DNA of 64,000 nt from the NCBI GenBank assembly GCA_013265495.1, contig MU058584.1, forward strand, positions 7,530,407-7,594,406, written 5' to 3'. This DNA is from Vicugna vicugna (Eukaryota). Positions 13,961 through 25,789 of the stretch are shown here, in pieces (within the stretch, counting starts at the first letter, position 1; every line of letters begins with the position of its first letter). The notes under the pieces were generated by a model that saw only the letters and a program-made list of their open reading frames with translations, was not told the DNA's origin and searched no databases. The translations under genes were made by a program, and so were the position numbers.

Positions 13961-15290
13961 TGGGCAAGTATTTTTTAGACTCTATTCCTAAAAATGGAAA
14001 ATGGAGTTACTGGGTCAAAGTATAGATACATTTAAAATTCGATATTTTCACATCTCCCCTCCTCCAAGAGACTGTGCCAATTAATATTCCAACCAAGAGT
14101 GTTTAAAAAATATCTATTTCCCTACATCTGATCAATATTGGATGTTATCAAATCAACTACCCTTCAATTAAAAAAAATGAGATGTTATTATTGTGATGTG
14201 CAAATATTTCCAAACGTGCAGTTTTAATGTGCCTTTCTTTGATCATTGCATTTGGTGTCTTATATTTTATTGACCACTTGTCTTTCATTATCTGCTAAAT
14301 ACTGACTTCTACAACTGATTAAACTGTCCTTGACCGGTTTTCTGCTAGTGTTGATTTGTTTTTTTAAACAGATTTTTTTAAAGCTCTGTTATGTATTTTT
14401 CAATTTTGTCTTTTATTTTGCTATGTAGAAATATCTCATATCCATAAGACATTTACAGCTTTGGGTTTTGTGCCAAATATCAAAAGTTGGAGTCTGTTTT
14501 TGATTTTTTAACTCCAATCTTATGAAAGTCACCCATTAAACTGTACTCTTGAGCTTTGAGTTTTGACCCATCTAGAATTTTTTGGTGGGGGATGGAAGCA
14601 AATTCTTCTAAAATCATTTGTTCAAAAGTCTGATTTGCAATGCCACCTTTATCACAAACTAAATTCTCAGGTATATTACACTCTTTCTATGCTATTTTCT
14701 ATTCATCTGATCTGCCAGTGGAGTTTACAACAAGTGTGTGCTGTTTATCACTATACTTTTTATATTAAATTTAAATTTTGATATTTGAAAGGTTATAGTC
14801 CTTCTGATTACATTATTTTTAAAACTTTGTTGAGGGGGAGGTAATTGGGTTTTTTTTAAATATGAATTATTTTTATCTATTTATCTGGTTCTTTAGAAAA
14901 ATAATTAATTTTTTATTAATGAAGGTCCTGGGGTTTGAACCCGGGACCCTCATGCATGCTAAGCATGTGTGCTACCACTGAGCTATACTCGTTACCCTTT
15001 ATTTATTTTTTAGAAATTTCCTGAGTACTCTCAACTGTTTATTCTGCCAAATGAAATTTAGAATCATTTCATCAAGTTACCTGTCACAAAATTATATTGA
15101 AAAACTTCCCTGAGATTATGTTATAGTTATTTAATTTTGGAGAATTTACAACTTTAAATTTTAGAGATTCTTATTCAAGATCCGTTCCTCACTTTATTTT
15201 AGGTTTGTTCCTCAGCATGATTTTATAAATTTATTCATACAGGCACTGTACATTTCCTGTTAGATTTATTCCCAGGTATTTTCTAGTGAA
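13960..15290 (-). mobile_element. Ancient antisense L1 (L1ME-like), interrupted by a SINE
   Basis: T-rich text with L1 antisense motifs 'ttactgggtcaaag', 'caaatgaaatttagaatca' and 'gttagatttattcccaggtatttt'. Confidence 0.6.
14828..14992 (-). mobile_element. tRNA-derived SINE, camelid Vic-1 type
   Basis: Reverse complement gives 'gtatagctcagtggtagcacacatgcttagcatgcatgagggtcccgggttcaaacc' (Pol III A and B boxes, tRNA-Ala-like head) with an A-rich tail and an 'aattacctcccc' end motif. Confidence 0.85.
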
Positions 15291-17365
15291 TACCCTACAT
15301 TCATTTAATGATTGATTTGGAGTACCATCTGACAAACTGAGGCTGCAGTGTGAATATAAATTTTTTAAAAATTTCCATCAACAGTTGTCAGCAGAAGATC
15401 TCTTCTTTTGCCACTTTTCAATATGGAGCACAGTTTTCCCAAGCAGCTCAAACTGTACCTCAGAATCCTATTACCAATAGGTCACTTCCAAATAACGTCT
15501 CTCACCCAAGTACAGCTTCCGTTAAAAACAACAACAAACATTGTTTGGCCAAGATTTTGCTATAAATTATTTAGAGTTAGGTTTTTATTTTTTTTTTCTA
15601 GTCTTACCTAAAAAAGAAACATAACTGCAAAGTCCATAAGTATACAAACTCACTAGGTTTAAAAAAAATTAATACTCTAAATTCAAACACCCATCACACT
15701 TAAGTCCCATTTATCTAGCAGACAATTATTGAGACCTATTTTGTTCAAAGTTCTAGAAGGAGAAATGTTTCCCTACTCTACAGAGATTCATTATCTAGTA
15801 GGAAAGACAGCTATGAAACGCATAATTGAAATACATGTTCTGAAACAGTTAAATCTGACAAAGTAAGAGCTCACAATCAAGTGGTAGTTAGATACCTAAT
15901 GAATGTGTGAGTGTGTGTGTGTGCGTGTGCGCGTGCATGCATTATTAGCTTTTATTTGTAATGAATAGCACACCCAGACAGCAATATGCCAGGCTGAGGC
16001 AGGTTTCTGTAAGGTGTAACTGTTAACTCTTTTCCCACTCTGTGTACAAAAATGTTGTCAGTAATAATCAGGTTAGACTTAACCCTGTTTATAGATTCTA
16101 ACTCTAGCCTTAGCTTTTGGAATTTTAAAACTCAAGTGTTTAATAAAAAGATTTGAAGAGAATGATTGAGTCCATGGTATAGAATCAGAACTACATCCTT
16201 TTTATTACTATATCATTTTTTAAAATATATATGTTACAATAGAGCATAATAAAATATGCACACTCAAGCATTCATACTGGGGTTCTTATGTAAACTTCCA
16301 GCTTCTCCTGCCTAAGAAACTGGTTAGGAGAATGCTTCTTTCATTGTCCAAGTTGAGCTGATTCTTCTCTGTATGTGCCGCAGTGTTCTCATCCTGTGCT
16401 GGTCTATGCTGGGAATCACATTCTTGTATAAGTTCACTGTTTCTACATACAGAAAGCTCTCATCCTTAGCTTTTGCACTTGTTCAAAGCTCCATCTCCAA
16501 TGTTACCAGAGTTTTGTTCTGTTCTTTACCTCCTTCACTGGGGGAGTCAAAACTGGGAGCCTGCTTAACCTGTCAACCTGATGATGGCTTTGCCATGTTG
16601 TGATGTTCTTTGTTTAGCCTCTGTTCTTAGAGCACTGTGTATGCTGAGCTCTGCCCCAAGTGAGAATGATTTTTTACTTGGAGGGGACAAAGCTCTTGCT
16701 TGGCATCCAAGCTAAAAAACTGCCTTTTCTCCATTGGACAAAAACGTGCATGTGACCACATGCCTATGGAATTCCATTAAATTATAGCCCTTTCTTCCTC
16801 ACCACAGCGGAAGCTCATGGTATTACTGTTTAATCCCAATGAGTTTTGAGAATTTGACTAAAGCTTTGCTTTCCCCTTCTCCCCACAATATGTATGTATT
16901 TACAAAATTTGCATATTGTTTCAGGGAATTGATTGCTTTTGCAGGGGAAACCCTCCCCCCTTTCCCGATTGCTCTGTTGACTCCAGGAAAGGACCCTTTG
17001 TTTAACCATTTCACATCCAAGCTTTGCAGGTCTCATGTGCTTTCTGTCCCATCTTCTCTATTTTTTTCCATAACTATTTAACATGGTAAAAACCATTCTT
17101 AGGCTTCTAGGACTATACAAACGTAAGCTAAGGGCAGATTTAGCCCTTGGGGCTGTAGTTTGCCAACAACTGCTCTCTTCCAAAACCTCTTCCCAGACCC
17201 CATCACTTCTGTCCTCAACGCCTATCCTAGTTGGAATGACCTCAGTCTCTTCTCTGCACCACTACATTAGTCTCCTGTTTGGCTTCCTGCTCCTTCTCTT
17301 CTTCTCTTGGCCCTCCTTAATTCATAATCTGCAAGCTGGCCAAGTGCTCTTTTAAGTTTGTTGGG

Positions 17366-17486
17366 TTTTTTTTTTTTGATAGGGGCGGTAATTAGGTTTA
17401 TTTATTTTTAATGGAGGTACTGGAAATTGAACCCAGGACCTCATGCATGCTAAGCATGCAGTCTACCACTGAGCTCTATCCTCCCC
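17366..17486 (-). mobile_element. tRNA-derived SINE, camelid Vic-1 type
   Basis: Reverse complement 'gggaggatagagctcagtggtagactgcatgcttagcatgcatgaggtcctgggttcaatttccagtacctcca...aaacctaattaccgcccc' plus poly(A); homologous to the 14.9-kb copy. Confidence 0.88.
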
Positions 17487-18529
17487 TGCCCCCACTTCGA
17501 TCTTTTACATTATACATATGTCATGGGAGGCTTCGCTGATGAACCTGTAAAAAACAACATCTTGTAACACTTCTGTTATTCTTAAAGAACTGAGGTTGCT
17601 TGGGAGGGGGGGTTGTGGTATTTCTAGAAAGGCAGCATAGTTCTCACCTCTAATTTTATTTTGAATATGTGCTACTATTTTTTAACACAGTTAAAGTAAG
17701 AAGGGATCTGAGATTTATCTTTTTATATATAACCATTGCTTTTTATACTGAAATATAATTACTCTGAATAGTGAAAGAGGAATTGATTAAACTTAACTGT
17801 AAGTAACTGTTGATTAGATTTAATTGTAAATGATCATTAAATTTTTTGTAATTAACCCAGTAAGCATTTAAGCTTAGCATGAATAAGGAGGAGAAGGAGG
17901 CAGAGGGGGAAGGGGGCAGGAAAGCAGAGGGTAAACACTGTCACCTACAGTGGGCTAAAACTCAATATTTGTATTTATGTTGTTTGTTTCTCTTTGGGTT
18001 GCTCTGAGTCTTCACTGGTCTGGTCCTGTCTGTGTTAAACTTTTTCTGTGTTACTCACGAGGTCTAGATGGGAAAATCTCTGTAACCCCCACTTCCTTGC
18101 TGTTACTTCCCACCAGCTTCTTGATGATGTTTCTTTTTTATCCTTAGTACCACTTTTCTTGTACTGTGTTATCCCTTCCTCTTCCTTTGCTTCACCCATT
18201 CTCCTTTTGTGAAGGGTCCACCTTTATTGGGTCCTCCCAGGTATCCCTAATTCTTCCATAGCTCTATTTTTGAACCATAAAACTCAGCATTTTACCAATC
18301 CAGCTTCTTAAATAAAGGAAGCAGATAATATGCAGCAAAAATTAAACATAGGTTCAATTACACGTCAGTATGAATTAGACACATATTGAGATATTTTCAA
18401 GAGTTACTCTTTTAAATAGTACCTTCTTCTTCTCAAAAGATGAAAATGCTTTTTTTCACCTATTGCCTCTTTGTTCCCATAAAGTTAAGTTTATTTGTTT
18501 TCATTTTTCAATTTAAGACTTGAGTTTGG

Positions 18530-18655
18530 GTATTATTATCCCTGCTTTACATACGGTGAAACTGAAGCACAGGGCAGGAAAACAGTGCCCTCCAAGGACC
18601 CCCAGTATATGCTGTAGCCGAGGCCAGGCCCCCAGGTTCTTAGGCCATACCTGTG
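18530..18655 (-). mobile_element. MIR SINE fragment
   Basis: 'tattattatccctgctttacatacggtgaaactgaagcacagg'. Confidence 0.65.
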
Positions 18656-20137
18656 TTTTTTTCCTAGTCTTGCTGAGGGCAGTTAGAAATTAAAGCAATT
18701 TCTAAGCTGTGCTCCAAATTATTTGTAAGTCAAAGGTATTTTGTTTGTACGTATTTTGACCATGTCAACCCTTTTAAGAGAATTCCAAATACACTTTGCC
18801 CAAACCAGTGTTTCTCAGACTTGGGTAACGTGTAGACATCCTTGGAAGGAAAAGAATCTTCATCAATTATACATAGACAAACTATTTTTATTCATAGTAT
18901 TACTTATATATGAACAGAAAATTATTTTATTTTAAATATCTACAAATATATAAGTACCTTATGCTTGGTGTTCTACTTCAAAATAAACAAGGCAAATCAA
19001 ATTCAACTAGAACTCTACTACCAAGACACTTCAGTTGATCAACAACCTTAACATGAGAGATGATGTCCTTTTAGGAAACATCATTAGCTCATCAGCGGGA
19101 TACGTTCCGGCTGCCAGGCATGGAGTATTTTGAGATTGGCGTACCATGTGCTATATGACCCCACCATCCTCCTGCCACTTTATCCTATTGGAATGAAACC
19201 TCCATCCATCCAGGGCACTGTGATGTCACTGGAAGAAAGTACATACTTGATGTATTGATGTCTGTCTCTGCTCTTTTTTCCATCAGTATTCTGCAAAGTC
19301 CTATAACTCAGAGCAAACACAAACATGGGCACTAAAATTAAGTGCCACCGTTCACTTATAAAGTGACAATTCAGAAAATCCTTTATACTAATTTTATGAA
19401 ATACCAACACAAAATGTCTTTTTAATTCTCACAAGACCTCACAGACTCTAAAGGTCAGGGCATTCTAGTTGGAGAAACACTACCCTAAACTTACTGCTTT
19501 AAGATAGGGAGAAGCAGCCAGAGTTTCCTAGCCCAGCCGTGGACGAGGCAGCTACCACTGGGGTGATTTAAGGGCAGTCCAAGGATGTCAGCCCTTCCAG
19601 GTTGCTGAAGCACTTGAATGACTCAGTCTGTTCAGGGGGAAGGGTTCAAGTACTCAACTTAAGTGCAAATGTATTACTTTGCAATAATAATGAATAAAAA
19701 TTGATTTCCTAGCTGATTAATTTATTATGAATGTGATTATGCATGAAGCAAAGCCGAGCAGAATGAGACATAGCAGAGGTGAGTTTGATACCACCATAAA
19801 TGAACATGTAGTAAGTATCTATTAGGATTAGGAATCTACAGAGGTAAACAGAGTCCCCCTTCTTGGTTTTTAAAATCCAATTGGTAATAATACAGGACAA
19901 ATGGAGTGAGAGGACGAGCTCTCTTGGGATGTAGCAGAGGGAGAAATGTACAAACTAGGCAGCAGCAAATGCAGCCAACCTGTCGGTGTCGCGATATCAT
20001 GTACACATACACACCGTATGCGGAGAGAGCTGATGGCTACTCTGTTTATTGATTCTTGTAAAAGGGTTTATATAGGACATGCATGATGCCTCACATACCA
20101 TCTAAGTTATAACAATGTTAATAATCTTAAGCCCTGT

Positions 20138-20167
20138 AGGTTCCCAGGCTCCAGGTTCCCAGGCTCC
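20138..20167. repeat. Perfect tandem duplication, 2 x 15 bp (aggttcccaggctcc)
   Basis: Read directly at 20138-20152 and 20153-20167. Confidence 0.9.
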
Positions 20168-20237
20168 TGCAGTAAGCACAGGATGTTACATGATCAAGGA
20201 CAGATTGTTTTAAAGTTCATCACAAAACTTCATTAAG

Positions 20238-20358
20238 TAGGCCATCTCTTATCCAGCCAGCTGTGCCTGTCTTAGGTTGTCCTCCTCTGAGGATCTTACC
20301 CGTCGTTGGTCGTGCATGCTGGATACATGAAATAGGCCATCTCTTATCCAGCCAGCTG
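20238..20358. repeat. 26-bp perfect direct repeat flanking a 69-bp spacer
   Basis: taggccatctcttatccagccagctg at 20238-20263 and 20333-20358. Confidence 0.92.
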
Positions 20359-21307
20359 CGTGACATTTCTCACAGCTTGTTTATCAGTTTAGCCCATGGC
20401 TTATTCTCTAGAGCCTTCAGGCGGGAGCCTACACAACCCAGGCCATTGGGGTGTGGAATCTGCAGAGAAGAGAAACTGCCTGAATGGAATTGGTTTAAAG
20501 AAAGAAAACAAACCTTTCCTACTTGTTTGTTTCCTAGCCAGTCTTGAGATTCTTGCTTATCTTTTTAAAGTATAAGAATGTATCTGTAATAAAAGGTAGA
20601 TGGTTCTTTAATTATGGAATTTCATTTTTATATTTTGTTCAGAACTTACACTCCCTCCCAAGTAATGTCCTTGATCTATTTGGTGCAATCCATCCTGGGA
20701 GTGAGGGAGAGGAGTTAGTATCACTTCTTGGTCTGTAGTCTCATTTCCTCTCTCTGGCCACAGTTCTAGATTCCTTACAAGCCTTCCTTGAATAAGGAAG
20801 CATAGTGTGGAGTTGATATCCTTTCACTGCTTGTCAGCCTCCTGGCTTGAGATTGCTCAGGTGATAAGAACGTTGAGTGATGTGTGTTTATCTACCAGGC
20901 ATGTAATTAACTTACTATTTTCCCCCTCATAGTTCTAACACTTACTATTGTAAGTAGGTTGCAGAAGCACCTCACTGTGTTTATTGGTGGGAAGATAATG
21001 GCTAATAAGATGTTACCCAAGGAAAGGTAAACAGATATCAGGAGCCCCTGATGACACAGCCCTCTGTAAGGTCTCATTGAATCCTCACCCCCTCACATGG
21101 CTAGTGTCAGAGCTCTTATGTGAACCCCTGTATCTTAACTCTAAACCATGTGTCCTGTCCTCTGATGCACAGGTCCTTGCCTCTCAGAGACTGGAGATAG
21201 GGCCATCTGTGCGTGCAGTGAAAGCAGACCTTACTTTAGTTCCTTCTTACAACCACTACACTCTCCCTTTCTCTGTCTTCCATCCACTCCTTTCTCCTTC
21301 CCTGTGC

Positions 21308-21342
21308 TATATATATATATGTTATATATATATATATATATA
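21308..21342. repeat. Interrupted (TA)n microsatellite
   Basis: Read directly; explains the YIYI runs in overlapping spurious ORFs. Confidence 0.9.
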
Positions 21343-22977
21343 GTTTTTTTCATCACCTTCCCCCAGAAAGCAGTGGGCAGGCTAGGAGTCATGATTAGGA
21401 TTATTGGAGGAGAACTATTCCAGTTTTTATCCCTTGTCCAAAGCCTATTTCTGGGTGAACAGCAGTTTGAGCCAGTAGTGGTGCATAGACCACCAGCTGT
21501 GCTCAGAGCAATCCAGCCAAATGTCATCTTAAGTCCAGGGCTGCCTCTCAGAAGGCGCATAGAAGGGGCCCCCTTTTCCCTGTTCCCATCTTGAGTCTGC
21601 ACTCCCTGGAACACAGGGAGAAGGGCTCTCACTAAAGTACAGAGGGCATGCTACTCAACCCTCCTTTTGAACAGATTGTTTCTCTCTCAGAAGGAACCTC
21701 ATTGAATTATGTTAATATCAGCAGATGGGTGGGGGAAATAGCTTAACAGTCAATCCAAAGGACTTCAGAAGAGTTTACTAATTTGGTTGAATGCTCCATC
21801 CTGTTGCTTTTTCCCTTAGTGTTACCTCTTTTTTAATGTTTCTTTGCTGAAATGATAGGGGAGAGAAGGAAAATTAAGCTTTGATTTTTGTTTGTAGCTT
21901 GGTGACAAATGATGGGGGTAGACTTTAAACCGTTCATCTACTGAGTTCTGGGAATTGTCAGAGGATTTCATTTGTACATGCCTTCCTGACCCCCGTTTTC
22001 TCAGATAAGTAAAAATTATGCTGCATTTGTAAACAGGGTACTTTTATTGAGTTGAACTTTTACAAATATATGGCGTACTTAGCCAAAATAATGCTTTTAT
22101 TTAATACAATTATATTCAAAGGGCTACATGCACATAGGATTTCGTATGATTAATATGCACTTGAAAGTGTTACACAGTAAGCATAATTTTGGAGTTTGTG
22201 GGTTCTCTTAAATTCACTTTGTAATTTAACGTGCAGTCATAGAAATTAGAATTGAGGGACATTACTGCTGGGAATTTGTATCATACCACATACCTTTTCA
22301 CGCAAACCAGTCAAACTTGTAAGCATCTCTTTTTAAGAAATATAAATTATGTTGCCTTGAAACACAGAAAGAAATGAGACAATTAAGCATTTCAAACATG
22401 CTAATTTTAAAGTGCTTGCAGTATGTTTCGCCATGCCGAGTAAATTTTTTCCTCCCTAGTAACTGAAAAAGCATAAAACACAAACTAAGTCCCTATACTT
22501 AGCTTTCTACCAGTAGAGAAAATTTAACCCATGAAGTTCACTGCTATTACAGAGGTAGTTTGTTATAGTTTATGAACATACATGCCACCAGGAATTTTTC
22601 TTTCTGTTTTATTCACATCTGTTGCCTTATTTTGTTTCTTGCAAAGCCACTCAAATGCTGTCCTTCTCACCTACCCCCTTGAATTTTCAATTTAAAATTT
22701 CTCATACATGTTATTTCTCATATATGTAATTTTTTTTTCCTGGTTAAAGACTCTTTCCTTGAGTGAAAGGTCCTGAAAATTCATAACTGCATAACCATCT
22801 CTCTTTCTCTCACTCTTTCACAGACATACACAGACACACTCACACATACACTGATTATCAGTTCATGTATTTCTTTAATGAAGTATTAAAATGGGAAATG
22901 CTATTGCCCTGTTTTACTGACTTAATTTTTGCTAAGACATAATAATATACGATGATAAGATACTGCTACTATATTTT

Positions 22978-23400
22978 CAGAGTTCTTAACTGTCAAAAAC
23001 AGAATCTATTGTAACCAGTTTAAGTAGAAAACTATTTATTAAGAGGGATAAATTACAGAACTAGGCGGAGTTTCCAGAAGTGGTTCTCCAAACTGAATTT
23101 CAGAACTGGGGTTGCCGGGGAGCTACTGCCCCCACCAATCTGGAGGCTACACTATCAGGAAGCCACCCCATATTATATGGCCTCTGGATCCACTGCTATG
23201 ATCCAGGCCAACCAAACAGGTGCCACGGATTCTGTCTTTTCTCCAGTGTGACTCATTCTGAATCAAAGCCTGGCAGGGAGCACATCAGATTGGCTGAACT
23301 AGGTCTCATCTGGAGCCCTCTCTCTAAGAGCAAGACTGGGAAGGGAAGGAGAGATTTGAATTGAACTCAGACTTTACAGGGATGTTGGAATGAGTGTCGA
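22978..23400. mobile_element. Ancient MaLR (MLT1-type) solo LTR
   Basis: 'gttcttaactgtcaaaaacagaatc...agtttaagtagaaaactatttatt' and 'catcagattggctgaactaggtc' resemble old MLT1 LTRs. Confidence 0.5.
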
Positions 23401-25789
23401 GATAGCCCATCCTCAGAATCCACTTCAGTTAATAGCTGTGCTGAATCTAATCTATGGTGATTCTGTGCCACTCAGCTCCTTGGTGTGTGTGAGTGAGGCT
23501 TGTGGAATATAGGATCTTCCTGTAAGGTGATCAGGTAGCAAGCTGGCTTTTTCATTGAGGTTTTAGGAAACAAGCATTTTCTCTGAATCTATTTAGCTTC
23601 CCAGAGAAGAACAGTCCAGTACCCTGCCTGGTGAAGGCGTAGGAATCCATCTGGTAGCTGCCATTCTGGGGCAGGGCAGGAAAGGGGGCTGAGGGACAGC
23701 ATTTCAGTATGAAGACTTTCACTAAATCTTTTTGTTTTTATCTCACATATTCACCTTGCCTGGTATCTCTGGGTCCAAAACTTCTTCTGTATAACTTTTT
23801 TTCTAGGGCAAAGCCTCTGGCATCCTGCTTGGGTTAGAAATAGGCCTCCGTGCTCAGAGGGAAGGGTCCTGTGTCATCCCTTGTTCTGTTACTTCTGTAC
23901 ACGGCTCTGTCTGATCCTGTGCTTTCACCCCCATAACTGTATCCCTCGTGCAGGGTATCAGGTGCCTCCAAGGGCAACACAGGATGCAAGTGGGGTGGCT
24001 TCTCCTCCATTCTCCTCCCCTGTAGGTATTAGGAGGGAATAACTCCTTTCTGTATGCTAAGTTAATGAATGCTCCTCTGTCTGCTTTTTTTCTTCCAAAG
24101 CTTTTGGGAAATCTTTTGTCCATAGTTTTCTCTCCTTTTACTTTCTTTGTCCTTATGGATCAGTATCTTTTTATTCTTTTACTGTTATCATAGTGGAGTT
24201 GGGGGAGGAAGAACAGATATGTGCCTTCAATCAGTCTACCATGCTTAATCATAAGTCCTTTAAATTTATTCTTTAGAATGCTTGTCATTATCGGTCTTAT
24301 ACGTTATCAATCTTGTTTATACAAATAGTTATGACTATTTCTTTAAATATAAGGATTAATGTAGAGATTAAATATAAAAATTTAAGAATAAAATGATGAA
24401 TGTTTTCACTTTCCAATTATAAAAGTACATTTTTTTACAGGGGTTAAGGAGAGTCCACATTTTGAGGATATTAGATGTACCTGAAATTATAGGGCAACAT
24501 ATACACCAAGTGCAAAAAAAAAAAAAAGTGGTATTGTCCAAGAATGCCATGAGAATGGAGGAGGGAGCCCTCCAGTGGGCTCTTATGGCCAGACAGGCTT
24601 CCTGGAGGAGGTGGAAATTGAATTGGACTCTGAAAAGAGAGAAGGAGCCAGGGAAAGAGCCATGTCTCCAGTTGGGTAATGGCTAGTGTGACTACATTTC
24701 ACCTACCCAATAGACGTATGCCAGTGTGTAGCTCCACTTAAGGGTCTGAGTGAGTGCAGAGTGAGCAGCCATGAAGCCAATGGCATATAAACCATGAAGT
24801 TTTCTTGGGCCCACTAGGACAGCCCATCAGAGGTACCCATGGGTACTTTATTTAGTGCCCAAGAGAGAAATCTAAAGAAGTACTCTTTACTAGTAGCCTA
24901 CTGGCTCACAGATGCTCCAAATGTAATTCTGATTAAAGTAGGAAAGTAGAACCCAAATAAAAAGATGAGTAGTTTATATTATGAGTTTCATATTTGTACA
25001 TCTCTATAGTTAAAACTTGTTAATAGCAATAAACACTGGATTTTAGTTTTCAACAGCATGTGGAACTAGTAATATGGTATTCTCAATATTTTTATAACCT
25101 CATTTTCTTTAATGTTTTGGCTATTTTATAAGTCATTCATCATCTCTGAATCCTTAATCTAGGCAAAGCACCAAGCCAGCCTATGAGGGGACTTAGTCAT
25201 ATGTGTATTCAACACTTTGCAGAATGTCAACTATGCAACTTGAAGTAAGAAGGAAACAGTTGCCTCCCTCAAAGATTTGATGTTTTGATAGGTAAGTCAG
25301 GACATTGTTACAGAGTAGCAAGGGAGTGAGATACATAGAATGATTAACAACAACAATAATAAAGGTAGTAATAGTAACAGTTTTGCTCTTTCCCTTAGGA
25401 GTTTACCTAAGAACATATACACACTTAGGTGAAAATTTTGGACATTTAGAAAGTAAGAGGAAAGTACAAAGTATGTAGTACAAGCTAAACACATGAATGC
25501 TGTCAAGGGATCAAACTTGGGTGGGAGGAGTCTTGGTAATGGTAGAGGAGGCCTGAGTGCTATGCCCGGCCACAGCAGAGGCTTTTGATGATTCAGGAAC
25601 ACTGCATATTTGGGTGCTTTTTTGGTGAGTACATCAAAGCACCCAATCAGGCAGGCAGAGCATGGTAGGAGTTGTTTGAACTGGAAAGATTTGCTAAGTT
25701 GCACCTGTGGTTCTTAGAGATACGTTTGCTCAGTTAGAAGACACAGGTTTCTAGATGGAGCTACTTGGTGTAGGAGACTCAGAGAGATG

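Noticed and set aside
17410..17486. tRNA-Ala-like sequence (also ~14920-14992)
   Set aside because: Both have SINE tails and poly(A) and differ from each other at many positions; they are SINE heads, not tRNA genes.
20238..20358. Repeat-spacer-repeat resembling a minimal CRISPR array
   Set aside because: Mammalian intron, only two repeats, a 69-bp spacer and no cas genes.
25610..25646. 11-bp inverted repeat ttgggtgcttt / aaagcacccaa as a possible miRNA hairpin
   Set aside because: The stem is too short and does not extend; compatible with chance in 64 kb.
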